Source of the DNA: an uncultured Eubacteriales bacterium
Lineage (GTDB): Bacteria > Bacillota > Clostridia > Lachnospirales > Lachnospiraceae
NCBI GenBank assembly: GCA_900318295.1
Contig: ONKC01000003.1
Span: 10,155 to 74,154, forward strand
Length of the DNA stretch: 64,000 nt
Direction of reading: 5' to 3'
A program made the position numbers and the translations under genes. This document shows, piece after piece, positions 46,450 through 56,392 of this stretch. The first letter of the stretch is position 1. The number at the start of each line of letters is the position of its first letter. The notes under the pieces were generated by a model. It saw only the letters and a list, made by a program, of their open reading frames with translations, did no database searches and was not told where the DNA came from.

Positions 46450-47445
46450 ATGGAAAACACGGTAGTAAAGATTGATAATCTGGTAAAAAGATATTCGGAG
46501 CTGATCGCTCTTGATCACTTCAGTCTTGAGATAAAGGAGGGGGAGATATTCGGACTTCTCGGGCCGAACGGATCCGGAAAAACGACGACGATCAGCTGCC
46601 TTTTGTCACTCCTTGCCTACGACAAGGGCGATATCGAAGTCTTTGGCAAGCCGATGACTCCGACAAGCTACGATATAAAAAGAAATATCGGGATCATTAT
46701 GCAGAACGTCGCAGTTTTTGATGAGCTTACGGTATATGAGAATATCGATTGCTTCTGCGGGCTTTATATAAAAGATAAGGCACAAAGAAAACAGTATGTC
46801 GAGGAGGCGATCGAGTTTGTGGGACTTCAGGATTTCAAAAAGTTCAGACCGAAAAAACTCTCAGGCGGTTTGCTCAGGCGCTTAAACATCGCCTGCGGTA
46901 TCGCACACAAGCCAAAGCTGATCATACTTGATGAGCCTACAGTCGCGGTCGACCCTCAGAGCAGAAACAGAATACTTGAGGGTATCGTGGAACTGAATAA
47001 GGCCGGTGCAACTGTTATATATACCACTCATTATATGGAAGAGGTTGAGCAGATCTGTACCAGGATAGCCATCATGGACAAGGGTAAAAAGATCGCCGAG
47101 GGAACCAAGGATGAACTCAAACGCATGATCAAAAATACCGAGACGGTCTCAATCGAGGCGGCTGAGCTTTCCGAGGCCGTGATCGAAGAGATGCGAGAGC
47201 TTCCGCACGTATATGAGGTCACATATGAGGACGAAAAGCTAACTATTCGTTGCTCCGGAGGCAAGCACAACCTGATGAGGATGCTCGGAGTACTTCAGGA
47301 GAAGGATATCCACTTCGGAAGAGTGTATACTGAGCTTCCGACACTGAATGATGTATTCTTGGAGATTACCGGTAAAGAGCTCAGAGATAAAAATGAGAGT
47401 GAAGAAGAAACCGATGATACCAAGGGGAAAAAGAAAAAACGCTGA
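46450..47445 (+). CDS. ABC ATP-binding protein (LnrL/YfiL-like export family)
   Basis: 'GPNGSGKTT', 'LSGGLLRRLNIACGIAH', 'LDEPTVAVDPQSR'. Confidence 0.9.
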   Translation: MENTVVKIDNLVKRYSELIALDHFSLEIKEGEIFGLLGPNGSGKTTTISCLLSLLAYDKGDIEVFGKPMTPTSYDIKRNIGIIMQNVAVFDELTVYENIDCFCGLYIKDKAQRKQYVEEAIEFVGLQDFKKFRPKKLSGGLLRRLNIACGIAHKPKLIILDEPTVAVDPQSRNRILEGIVELNKAGATVIYTTHYMEEVEQICTRIAIMDKGKKIAEGTKDELKRMIKNTETVSIEAAELSEAVIEEMRELPHVYEVTYEDEKLTIRCSGGKHNLMRMLGVLQEKDIHFGRVYTELPTLNDVFLEITGKELRDKNESEEETDDTKGKKKKR

Positions 47446-47471
47446 GAACCGTATAGCATAACGAAAGGACG

Positions 47472-48692
47472 ATGCATATGTTTTTACATAATCTGAAATA
47501 CGAGCTTATGGTATCACTTCGGGTCAAGGATCTGATCATATGGATGATGATCTTCCCGGTGGTGCTCGGATCACTTTTCAAGATCGCTTTCGGTAATATA
47601 TATACAAATGATACACTGTTTAATTCTATTCCGACAGCGGTTGTTGAAAATGAAAAAAATGATATTTTTCACTCAATAGTAGATGACATAGAAAAGAGTG
47701 ATGCTCCGCTTCTGAAGGTCACTTATATGAGCGAAGCAGATGCGATGAAGGCTCTTGAAAATGATGAAGTAAAAGGTATTATTTATGTCGATACTGATAC
47801 GAAAAAAGAAGAGAGTGACAAGTCGTTTAGTTTCTTCGGAAAAATGATAGATGCAGTCGGTGTTCCGTCTATGGATACCAAGCTTTCACTGAAGATCAAA
47901 ACCAACGGTATCGAGCAGACTATTCTCAAAAAGTTTACTGAGAATTATATGGCTCAGGAGTCGATAGTAAGAGATGCCATAGAAAAAAATCCGATGGATA
48001 TCAGCTCCGTGACGGATGTGCTTACACAGGATATGACGACTCGTACGGACAGGCCGATAACGGAAGGAAATACGGATCCCTTTACATCTTATATGTATAA
48101 TCTTATAGCGATGATCGCGATGTTCGGATCGGTGACTGGACTGCATATAGCTGCGCAGAACCAGGCGAACCTCTCCAATCTCGGTGCGAGAAGAAACTGT
48201 TCACCTACGCCCAAAAGTATCACCCTGGCAGCCGGGCTTGTGGGAAGCTATATCGCACACGGGGCTTGTATAATCATCGGGATATCATATGAAGCATTGG
48301 TGTTAGGCGTTGATTTCGGTTCCAGGCTTCCGCTTGTATATCTGGGAGGCATTGTCGGTGGACTGATGGGTGTCTCGATGGGATTTTGCGTAGGGTCGAT
48401 ATCGACATGGTCGCAGTCGACAAAGGTTGGTATAGTGATGAGTGTGTCGATGCTCTGCTGCTTTTTAAGCGGACTCATGATGGGAGATATAAAAGGAATC
48501 ATCGAGCTAAATGTGCCACTACTCAATGATCTGAATCCGGCAGCGATCGTATGTGATGCTCTTTACTATCTGAACGTGGATGCGGATCTGAGCCGTTTCT
48601 TCATAAAGCTTTTGACGATGGCAGGCTTGGCATTTGCATTTGCAGCAGGCGGATTTGTTTTGACAAGGAGGCGTAAATATGCGAGTCTTTAA
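47472..48692 (+). CDS. ABC-2 permease
   Basis: N-terminal TM 'FPVVLGSLF', extracytoplasmic domain, six C-terminal TMs. Confidence 0.85.
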   Translation: MHMFLHNLKYELMVSLRVKDLIIWMMIFPVVLGSLFKIAFGNIYTNDTLFNSIPTAVVENEKNDIFHSIVDDIEKSDAPLLKVTYMSEADAMKALENDEVKGIIYVDTDTKKEESDKSFSFFGKMIDAVGVPSMDTKLSLKIKTNGIEQTILKKFTENYMAQESIVRDAIEKNPMDISSVTDVLTQDMTTRTDRPITEGNTDPFTSYMYNLIAMIAMFGSVTGLHIAAQNQANLSNLGARRNCSPTPKSITLAAGLVGSYIAHGACIIIGISYEALVLGVDFGSRLPLVYLGGIVGGLMGVSMGFCVGSISTWSQSTKVGIVMSVSMLCCFLSGLMMGDIKGIIELNVPLLNDLNPAAIVCDALYYLNVDADLSRFFIKLLTMAGLAFAFAAGGFVLTRRRKYASL

Positions 48693-49878
48693 TCTTTTTT
48701 TCAAAATAGCAAAGTCAAAGCTTCCGAGCGGACTGATCTATGTGATTGTATTTTTCGCGATATGTTTTCCTATTTCGCAGGCGGGCTCGAGTCAGCTCAG
48801 CTTCAAGGAGACCGAACTTAAGATAGCGGTGTTTGATGAGGATGGGAGCGCTGAGAGTAAAAGCCTTGTCGAGCACATCGCAAAGAATAATGAGATAAAG
48901 GATATTAAAAATGATCCGAAGCTTATCCTTGATGCGATGTACTATGAGCAGATCGACTATACACTCACGATCAAAAAGGGATACGGCGAAAGGATTTCGG
49001 ACACTGATAAGGATGCCGTGAAAGAGCCGCTTTTTGAGACTTATCACCTTCATGATTCATATGCGACTGCTATGATGGAGCAGTATCTGGATGAGTATGT
49101 ACGTATGGTACGCTCTTATGTGGCAGGTGGAAATGATACTGCCGGAGCGATCAAAAAAACACAGGAGAGGATAGATAAAAAGGCCGAGGTTAGCTTTGCT
49201 GAGTTTGATAGCGGTCAGGTGAAGGATGAAAACTATCCGGATGATTTTTCCTTTGTATTTCGTTATATGCCGTATGTACTGATTTCGGTTCTTATAAATG
49301 TACTTTGTCCGGTCCTCTTGGTGATGAGGAAAAAGGATCAGAGATACCGCATGAATTGCTCGAGCACCAATATGAAAAGCTTTACGGGCCAGGTGTTTGC
49401 GGGAAGCACAGTGCTTGTTCTGGCTATATGGCTTTTATTCATGATCGGAGCTATGGTGATGTACGGCGGGATCTTTAGAGGCACAAACTGCTGGATCGCA
49501 GTGCTGAACTCGTTCATATTCGGACTGATCTCAGCGGCGCTTGCGATACTGATAGCGAGCTTCTCGCCTTCGGAAAATGTTGTGAGCATGATCACGCAGT
49601 GTGTAGGACTCGGGATGTGCTTCCTTTGCGGAGTGTTCGTACCGCAGACCATGCTCAGCGAGGGAGTTTTGAAGGCAGCGAAGTTCCTCCCGGCTTACTG
49701 GTATGAAAAGGTGAATGATATCTTAAGCGGAAACCAGTCGGGTACGATGGGAGATGTCTGGATGGGGATGCTGATCGAGGTAGGATTTTTGGTGGCGCTC
49801 ATCCTTGTGACGGCATTTGTTTCAATGCAGCGTCCGCAGGGATCGACCTTAAAGATCAGGAAAAAAAGCGCAGCCTAA
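48679..49878 (+). CDS. ABC-2 permease (second subunit)
   Basis: Same topology, 'FLCGVFVPQ...AAKFLPAYWY'. Overlaps the previous stop. Confidence 0.85.
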   Translation: MRVFNLFFKIAKSKLPSGLIYVIVFFAICFPISQAGSSQLSFKETELKIAVFDEDGSAESKSLVEHIAKNNEIKDIKNDPKLILDAMYYEQIDYTLTIKKGYGERISDTDKDAVKEPLFETYHLHDSYATAMMEQYLDEYVRMVRSYVAGGNDTAGAIKKTQERIDKKAEVSFAEFDSGQVKDENYPDDFSFVFRYMPYVLISVLINVLCPVLLVMRKKDQRYRMNCSSTNMKSFTGQVFAGSTVLVLAIWLLFMIGAMVMYGGIFRGTNCWIAVLNSFIFGLISAALAILIASFSPSENVVSMITQCVGLGMCFLCGVFVPQTMLSEGVLKAAKFLPAYWYEKVNDILSGNQSGTMGDVWMGMLIEVGFLVALILVTAFVSMQRPQGSTLKIRKKSAA

Positions 49879-49899
49879 CCCGGGGTAAATAAACATAAG

Positions 49900-49932
49900 A
49901 AGGGACACGAGAGCGATCCGTGTCCCTTTTTT
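49900..49932 (+). terminator. Terminator, GGACACG family copy 3
   Basis: AAGGGACACG-agagcgatc-CGTGTCCCTT followed by TTTT. Confidence 0.85.
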
Positions 49933-49943
49933 GTGTCAAAAGG

Positions 49944-49972
49944 TTGACAAAGTCGGGGGCTTCGTCTATAAT
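49944..49972 (+). promoter_or_regulatory. Consensus SigA promoter of pckA
   Basis: TTGACA-N17-TATAAT. Confidence 0.9.
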
Positions 49973-50029
49973 GTAGAATGGTTTAATTTTCAAAATCAAA
50001 CAATATTATAGAAAGGTAAGGTATAAACT

Positions 50030-51640
50030 ATGGCAATCGATTTAAGCAAGTACGGCATCACAGATGTCAAAGAGATCATTCACAATCCTTCGTATGAGGA
50101 TCTGTACAAGGACGAGATGGATCCGTCACTCGAGGGTTATGACAAGGGAGTTGAGACAGAGCTTGGTGCGGTCAACGTTATGACAGGTATCTATACCGGT
50201 CGTTCCCCGAAGGATAAGTTTATCGTTATGGACGAGAACTCAAAGGACACTGTATGGTGGACATCCGATGAGTATCCGAACGATAACCATGTTGCTTCTC
50301 AGGAGTGCTGGGAGGCAGTAAAGGATATCGCTAAAAAGGAGCTCTCTGGCAAAAAGCTTTATGTAGTTGATGCATACTGCGGAGCAAACAAGGACACACG
50401 TATGGCTGTTCGCTTCATCATGGAGGTAGCTTGGCAGGCACACTTCATAAAGAACATGTTTATTCAGCCTACTGAGGAAGAGTTAAAGACATATGAGCCT
50501 GACTTTGTTGTATACAACGCATCAAAGGCTAAGGTTGAGAATTATAAAGAGCTTGGTCTGAACTCAGAGACCGCAGTTGTATTCAACATCACATCACGCG
50601 AGCAGGTTATCATCAACACATGGTACGGCGGCGAGATGAAGAAGGGTATCTTCTCAATGATGAACTACTACCTGCCTCTGAAGGGTATCGCAGCTATGCA
50701 CTGCTCTGCAAACACAGATATGCAGGGTAAAAATACCGCGATCTTCTTCGGACTTTCAGGTACAGGTAAGACTACACTTTCAACAGATCCTAAGCGTCTG
50801 CTTATCGGTGATGACGAGCACGGATGGGATGATAACGGAGTCTTCAACTTTGAGGGTGGTTGTTATGCAAAGGTTATCAACCTTGACAAAGAGTCAGAGC
50901 CGGATATCTACAATGCTATCAAGAGAAACGCTCTTCTTGAGAACGTAACCGTAGATGCAAACGGAAAAATTGATTTCGCTGACAAGAGCGTAACAGAGAA
51001 TACGCGTGTTTCATATCCGATCGATCATATCGAGAAGATCGTACTGAATGTTAACCCTGTTTCGGCAGGTCCTGCTGCAGATAATGTTATCTTCCTTTCT
51101 GCAGATGCGTTCGGAGTTCTTCCGCCGGTATCCATCCTTACACCGGAGCAGACACAGTATTACTTCCTGAGCGGATTTACCGCTAAGCTTGCCGGTACCG
51201 AGCGTGGTATCACCGAGCCGACACCGACCTTCTCAGCTTGCTTTGGTCAGGCATTCTTGGAGCTTCATCCTACAAAATACGGTGAGGAGCTCGTAAAGAA
51301 GATGAACAAGAGCGGCGCAAAGGCATATCTCGTAAATACAGGATGGAACGGAACAGGAAAACGTATCTCCATCAAGGATACACGTGGTATCATCGATGCG
51401 ATCCTGAGCGGAGATGTTCTTAAGGCTGAGACAAAGACTATTCCGATCTTCAACTTTGAAGTTCCGACATCTCTTCCGGGAGTTGATACAGGTATCCTTG
51501 ATCCGCGTGATACATATGCTGATCCGTCAGAATGGGATACAAAGGCAAAGGATCTTGCTGAAAGATTTATCAAGAACTTCGCTAAGTACACAGGTAATGA
51601 TGCCGGTAAGGCACTTGTATCTGCAGGTCCGCAGTTATAA
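50030..51640 (+). CDS. pckA: Phosphoenolpyruvate carboxykinase (ATP)
   Basis: 'TGRSPKDK', 'YGGEMKKG', 'MHCSAN', P-loop 'GLSGTGKTT', 'LIGDDEHGW', 'EGGCYAK', 'NTRVSYP'. Confidence 0.96.
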   Translation: MAIDLSKYGITDVKEIIHNPSYEDLYKDEMDPSLEGYDKGVETELGAVNVMTGIYTGRSPKDKFIVMDENSKDTVWWTSDEYPNDNHVASQECWEAVKDIAKKELSGKKLYVVDAYCGANKDTRMAVRFIMEVAWQAHFIKNMFIQPTEEELKTYEPDFVVYNASKAKVENYKELGLNSETAVVFNITSREQVIINTWYGGEMKKGIFSMMNYYLPLKGIAAMHCSANTDMQGKNTAIFFGLSGTGKTTLSTDPKRLLIGDDEHGWDDNGVFNFEGGCYAKVINLDKESEPDIYNAIKRNALLENVTVDANGKIDFADKSVTENTRVSYPIDHIEKIVLNVNPVSAGPAADNVIFLSADAFGVLPPVSILTPEQTQYYFLSGFTAKLAGTERGITEPTPTFSACFGQAFLELHPTKYGEELVKKMNKSGAKAYLVNTGWNGTGKRISIKDTRGIIDAILSGDVLKAETKTIPIFNFEVPTSLPGVDTGILDPRDTYADPSEWDTKAKDLAERFIKNFAKYTGNDAGKALVSAGPQL

Positions 51641-51656
51641 TTCTTAAAAATAATCC

Positions 51657-51728
51657 GGGACGACTGATGTCTGTATGTGCGTCCGGATGCGATACGCAGT
51701 CCGGATGCACCTGCAGGCAGGGCGTCCC
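51657..51728. repeat. 72-bp nested palindrome after pckA (terminator or REP-like)
   Basis: GGGACG..GTGCGTCCGGA-TGCG-ata-CGCA-g-TCCGGATGCAC..CGTCCC. Confidence 0.7.
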
Positions 51729-51756
51729 TAATTTTAGAAAAGGGATAATGTGACAG

Positions 51757-52848
51757 ATGAAGGCCATCTATGAAAAACACAAGCATTTTATGAAGAATAA
51801 GCCGCTTGATTCTCGCGTGTTTATGATAGTTTTGGCGGTGGGAGTGATCACGACGATCCTCTCCATCATTAACACTGTACTAGAAGGGCTTGGTGCGGGA
51901 GCGATCCTGTCGACTCTTGCTTGTCTTATTGTGATCATCGCGCTTACTGTGGTTGCCTTTATTTTTGATAAGGAAGCGATCTGTCATATTCTTTTGTGTA
52001 TACTGCTCAACTTTATTTTGCTCCCCGTGGCATTTTTCTTCTGCGGAGGGATAAAGAGCGGAATGATCACATATTTTATTTCGGGACTGTACCTGACAGT
52101 TCCGACGATATCAAAAAAAAGGACAAGGTTAATAATCTACCTGCTGTCTTTGGTGATGCTGTCAGCGACAGTTGTTGCTTCTTATGTGTTTTTCCCGGAG
52201 TGGGTTACACCGATGTCCGATGATGCTTTTTACTTTGATATGCTGGCATCATTTATACTGAATGCATTTTGCATCTATCTTGTTGCGAGCCTTACGGTCA
52301 AGGCTTATGACGAGAAAAATGAAGAGAACGAGGAGCTTGTCAAGAAGCTTGAGTCGATGACGATCCATGATGAGCTCACTGGGGTATATAATCGAAGAGA
52401 GTTGTTCCGCGTACTTGAGGAAAAGGTGATGAGAGCGGAGCAAAATGATCTTTATTGTTTGTTTATTTTTGATATTGACGAGTTCAAACAGGCCAATGAT
52501 ACATATGGGCATGTTTTTGGAGATAAGGTTTTATGTGAGGTTGCGAACTGCTTAAATGATGAGGTAGGTGACATTGAAGACGGAGAGATCGCTGCGAGAT
52601 ACGGCGGTCAGGAGTTCGTAGCTGTTTTTCATGATGATGATTTCGAGGTATCATATGCGCGTGCCGAGAAGATAAGACAGAAGATAGAAAAGCTCAGGTT
52701 TTTCGAGAACCCCGAATTCAGGGTTACCATCAGCGGCGGTGTGGACAGATGCAACGGTATGCGTCCGAGATATGCACTGCATCAGGTGGATGACCTATTA
52801 TATCTGGCAAAGACAACCGGCAAGAATCAGATCACACGCAAGTTCTGA
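51757..52848 (+). CDS. Membrane GGDEF-domain protein with a variant GGQEF motif
   Basis: About six TMs, then 'HDELTGVYNRR', 'DIDEFKQANDTYGH..GD', 'RYGGQEF'. Confidence 0.85.
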   Translation: MKAIYEKHKHFMKNKPLDSRVFMIVLAVGVITTILSIINTVLEGLGAGAILSTLACLIVIIALTVVAFIFDKEAICHILLCILLNFILLPVAFFFCGGIKSGMITYFISGLYLTVPTISKKRTRLIIYLLSLVMLSATVVASYVFFPEWVTPMSDDAFYFDMLASFILNAFCIYLVASLTVKAYDEKNEENEELVKKLESMTIHDELTGVYNRRELFRVLEEKVMRAEQNDLYCLFIFDIDEFKQANDTYGHVFGDKVLCEVANCLNDEVGDIEDGEIAARYGGQEFVAVFHDDDFEVSYARAEKIRQKIEKLRFFENPEFRVTISGGVDRCNGMRPRYALHQVDDLLYLAKTTGKNQITRKF

Positions 52849-52908
52849 TCTGCTAGTAAATCGAGTTTTGTGCGGTGACTTGCACAAGTGCTCGTCACAG
52901 GAGGTTTT

Positions 52909-53796
52909 ATGAGCGATTTCCAGTTAAGTTGTTGTTCGGCAGCGGATCTGTCGGAGGAGTATTTCAAGGAAAGAGATATCCAGTATCTGTGCTTCCATTA
53001 TGAGCTTGACGGTGTGGATCATCTTGATGATCTGGGAAAAACTATACCGCCCGAAGAGCTTTTCAGAAGGATGGATGAGGGTGCTCAGACCAAGACATCG
53101 CAGGTTTCGATCGCGGAGTACACCGATTTTTTCAGAGGGATTCTTTCAGAAGGTCAGGATCTGCTCCATGTGACCTTGTCCAGCGGGATCACCGGTACAT
53201 ATAACTCTGCAATGGTTGCAAAGGAGATCGTCGAGGAGGAGTATCCGGACAGGAAGATCTATGTGATGGATTCACTCGGAGCATCAAGCGGATTCGGACT
53301 TCTTGTTGACAAGCTTGCCGATATGCGCGATGCGGGTATCGACATAGATGAGGTCTATAACTGGGGAGAGGAAAACAAGTTAAATGTACATCACTGGTTT
53401 TTCTCCACGGATCTTACTTATTATATCAGAGGAGGAAGGGTGTCAAAAACAGCCGGAGCCATAGGAACCATGCTGAATATTTGCCCTCTGCTGAATGTGG
53501 ATTTTGAGGGACGACTCATCCCCAGAGAAAAAGTAAGGACCAAGAAAAGAGTTATCAAAAAAACTGCCGAGAAGATGGTAGAGCATGCTTTTGACGGAAA
53601 GGATTACAGCGATACCGTATTTATCTCTCACAGCTGCTGTGAGGAGGATGCTAAGGAATTGGCGTCGCTTATCGAGCAGAAATTTCCAAAGCTCGCTTCA
53701 CCCATAAAAATATTCCCGATCGGAGCGACTATCGGAAGTCATTCCGGTCCGGGTACGGTTGCCCTGTTTTTCTGGGGAGATAAAAGAACTGATTAA
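52909..53796 (+). CDS. degV: DegV family fatty-acid-binding protein
   Basis: 'KTSQVS', 'LSSGITGTYNSA', 'DLTYYIRGGR', 'IGSHSGPG'. Confidence 0.88.
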   Translation: MSDFQLSCCSAADLSEEYFKERDIQYLCFHYELDGVDHLDDLGKTIPPEELFRRMDEGAQTKTSQVSIAEYTDFFRGILSEGQDLLHVTLSSGITGTYNSAMVAKEIVEEEYPDRKIYVMDSLGASSGFGLLVDKLADMRDAGIDIDEVYNWGEENKLNVHHWFFSTDLTYYIRGGRVSKTAGAIGTMLNICPLLNVDFEGRLIPREKVRTKKRVIKKTAEKMVEHAFDGKDYSDTVFISHSCCEEDAKELASLIEQKFPKLASPIKIFPIGATIGSHSGPGTVALFFWGDKRTD

Positions 53797-53810
53797 AGGA
53801 TACTAAGTAA

Positions 53811-54317
53811 ATGAACACAAAAACATCAACGAATATTTACAGAATTACACTTGCGGCGATGGTGGCAGCCCTGTATGTGGTGCTTACCTTCGCCTCAAAC
53901 GCGTTTGGGCTTGCAAGCGGAGTGATACAGGTGCGTATATCCGAGGCTTTGACTATACTCCCGTATTTTACACCCGCGGCTATCCCGGGGCTTGTTATTG
54001 GGTGCCTTTTGTCAAATTGGCTGACAGGATGCGTGTTGCCCGACATTATATTCGGAACGCTTGCGACGCTTTTGGGAGCGCTCGGTTCATATGCACTCAG
54101 AAAGCATAAGTTTTTAGTGCCGATACCGCCCATCCTTTCAAATATGATCATAGTTCCATGGGTTCTGCGTTTCGCATATGACGTGCCGGATTCAATCCCG
54201 TTTATGATGGCTACTGTCGGAGCCGGAGAGCTTATATCATGTGGCATTTTGGGAATAGGTCTTTTATTTGCGCTTAACCCTTTCCGGAGCTCGATTTTTA
54301 AGGATGCATCGAAGTGA
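53811..54317 (+). CDS. queT: QueT-family transporter membrane protein
   Basis: 'AAMVAALYVVLT', 'IQVRISEALTILP', 'GLVIGCLLSN', 'DIIFGTLAT'. Confidence 0.78.
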   Translation: MNTKTSTNIYRITLAAMVAALYVVLTFASNAFGLASGVIQVRISEALTILPYFTPAAIPGLVIGCLLSNWLTGCVLPDIIFGTLATLLGALGSYALRKHKFLVPIPPILSNMIIVPWVLRFAYDVPDSIPFMMATVGAGELISCGILGIGLLFALNPFRSSIFKDASK

Positions 54318-54329
54318 GGATAACTACAC

Positions 54330-55190
54330 ATGAATCGTATAACTCTGACGGTCATAATACTGATAGTGCTCGGCGTGCTCGGGTATTATTGGGTTACCGA
54401 TTGGTCAAAGCCGAAGGAGTTTGAGGATGCCACAAGACCGCTTCCTTTGGGGATGCGTTCCGTATCCGGAGGTGCTGCATCAGGTGGGGCCGTATCCGGA
54501 TCTGCAGATGAAGAGGAGGAGCTTCTTCCCAAGGATATCTCGACGATCCTCGATCCCAGTAAGAATGTCCCGCTTGACACTATACCGGAGAGTATAACAG
54601 TGCTCGTAAACAGAGCATTTTTGTTGCCGGAAACATATATTCCGGAGAATCTGAAAAAAGTAAAAATAAAGTTTGATACAGAGGTTGTGTCAGAGAAAAA
54701 TGATCTGCGAAAAGAGGCGGCTGATCAGATCGAAAAAATGATATCCGATGCGGCGAAAAAAAAGATAACTATAACAGGAGTTTCCGGTTACAGATCCTAT
54801 GCAAGACAGAAGGAAGTTTTTAAGCAAAGTGCAAAGGATCACGGTAAAGAACATGCAGACAAATACTGTGCGATACCGGGATCAAGTGAGCATCAGACCG
54901 GACTTGCGATAGATGTTTCATCTCCCGAAATATTCAATGCTTTGGAACCGAGATTTGCAGGAACAAAAGCAGGAAAGTGGATTGAAAAAAACTGTTATAA
55001 ATACGGATTTATCATCCGCTATCCGAAAGGAAAACAAAAGATAACAGGATATAATTATGAGCCCTGGCATCTCAGATATGTGGGACTGAACAGAGCCAAA
55101 TATTTATATAAAAATAATCTTACTTTGGAAGAGTTTTATAATGTAAGTATGAACAAAGAAAACAAGGAATGGAGGAACGACCTGAATTGA
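54330..55190 (+). CDS. M15B D,D-/L,D-carboxypeptidase (VanY/LdcB-like), membrane anchored
   Basis: 'SGYRSYARQ', zinc motif 'SEHQTGLAID', 'EPWHLRYVG'. Confidence 0.9.
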   Translation: MNRITLTVIILIVLGVLGYYWVTDWSKPKEFEDATRPLPLGMRSVSGGAASGGAVSGSADEEEELLPKDISTILDPSKNVPLDTIPESITVLVNRAFLLPETYIPENLKKVKIKFDTEVVSEKNDLRKEAADQIEKMISDAAKKKITITGVSGYRSYARQKEVFKQSAKDHGKEHADKYCAIPGSSEHQTGLAIDVSSPEIFNALEPRFAGTKAGKWIEKNCYKYGFIIRYPKGKQKITGYNYEPWHLRYVGLNRAKYLYKNNLTLEEFYNVSMNKENKEWRNDLN

Positions 55191-55921
55191 GAAGTATAAT
55201 TCTTTTTCTGGTATATATAATCGTTTGTATACTGTCGCTGCCTCTGCAATTTATATTATTGATAATAGTAAGACCGATAAGTAAACGAGCGGCGGCGGTG
55301 TTCTCGCAAAAGGTTGTATGGCTTGCGTTCAGGCTGTGCATGCTCATATCGGGATGTAAAAGACAGATCGTCGGTCGTGAAAAAATACCCCGCGATACCG
55401 CGGTTATGTACGCAGCAAATCACCGCAGTTTTTATGACATAATACTTATGTATACGGCGGTCCCGAATCAGACTGCTTTTATCTCGAAGATAGAATTAAA
55501 AAAGTTCTTTTGTATCGCGCAGTGGATGTATTTTTTAAACTGCCTTTTTATGGACAGAGGAAATATAAAACAGAATCTGCAAACCATACTTGAAGCTATC
55601 GAGCTTGTCAAAAACAACTACTCCGTTTATATCTCTCCGGAGGGGACAAGAAATGCTACAGATGAGCTTTTACCTTTTCACGAGGGTAGTATGAAGATAG
55701 CCACGAAAGGAAAGGTTCCGATTGTTCCGGTGGTGTTTACCGGGACCGAGGATATACTGGAAAAACACTTGCCCTGGGTTCATAGAGGAAAGATAAGAAT
55801 TGAGTTTGGTGATCCGATCTATCCTGATCAGCTTGATAAAGAGGATCAAAAACATTTGGGTGAATACACAAGAGGTATTATTCAGGATATGTACAATAAA
55901 GCAAAGGAGAAAGAAGCATGA
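55169..55921 (+). CDS. plsC: 1-acyl-sn-glycerol-3-phosphate acyltransferase
   Basis: HX4D 'NHRSFYD', 'FMDR', 'SPEGTRN', 'PIVPV'. Confidence 0.88.
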   Translation: MEERPELRSIILFLVYIIVCILSLPLQFILLIIVRPISKRAAAVFSQKVVWLAFRLCMLISGCKRQIVGREKIPRDTAVMYAANHRSFYDIILMYTAVPNQTAFISKIELKKFFCIAQWMYFLNCLFMDRGNIKQNLQTILEAIELVKNNYSVYISPEGTRNATDELLPFHEGSMKIATKGKVPIVPVVFTGTEDILEKHLPWVHRGKIRIEFGDPIYPDQLDKEDQKHLGEYTRGIIQDMYNKAKEKEA

Positions 55922-56370
55922 AAGTATTTTTGATCGTAATGCTCGTGATCATTGCGGTACTTTTGGTAGGAGTCATCGTACTGTATTTCGTGGGCAAAAA
56001 GCTTCAGAAAAGACAGGAGGAGAGCCAGGTACAGATGGAGGCTGCTTCTCAGACGGCATCGATACTTGTTATCGATAAGAAGAGGATGAAGTTGAAGGAG
56101 TCGGGACTTCCCGCAGTCGTTATCGAGAACACGCCTAAGTACCTCAGAAGATCTAAGGTGCCCATCGTAAAGGCAAAGATAGGACCGAAGATCATGACCC
56201 TTATGTGTGATGAGAAGCTGTTTCCGCAGCTTCCCGTAAAGAAAAATCTCAAGGTGAAGATCAGCGGAATCTATATCATGGATGTTATCGGACGTGGTGT
56301 GCTTGAAGCACCGCCGGAAAAGAAAGGTCTTTTCAAACGTTTCCACAGCAAGGTTACGCTGAACAAGTAA
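55918..56370 (+). CDS. Hypothetical membrane-anchored protein
   Basis: N-terminal TM and a basic beta-rich domain. ATGA overlap with plsC. Confidence 0.75.
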   Translation: MKVFLIVMLVIIAVLLVGVIVLYFVGKKLQKRQEESQVQMEAASQTASILVIDKKRMKLKESGLPAVVIENTPKYLRRSKVPIVKAKIGPKIMTLMCDEKLFPQLPVKKNLKVKISGIYIMDVIGRGVLEAPPEKKGLFKRFHSKVTLNK

Positions 56371-56392
56371 GGATATACGAGGTAGTTTTTTC

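Noticed and set aside
53797-53810. preQ1 riboswitch before queT
   Set aside because: Only 14 nt separate degV and queT, and I saw no preQ1 motif.
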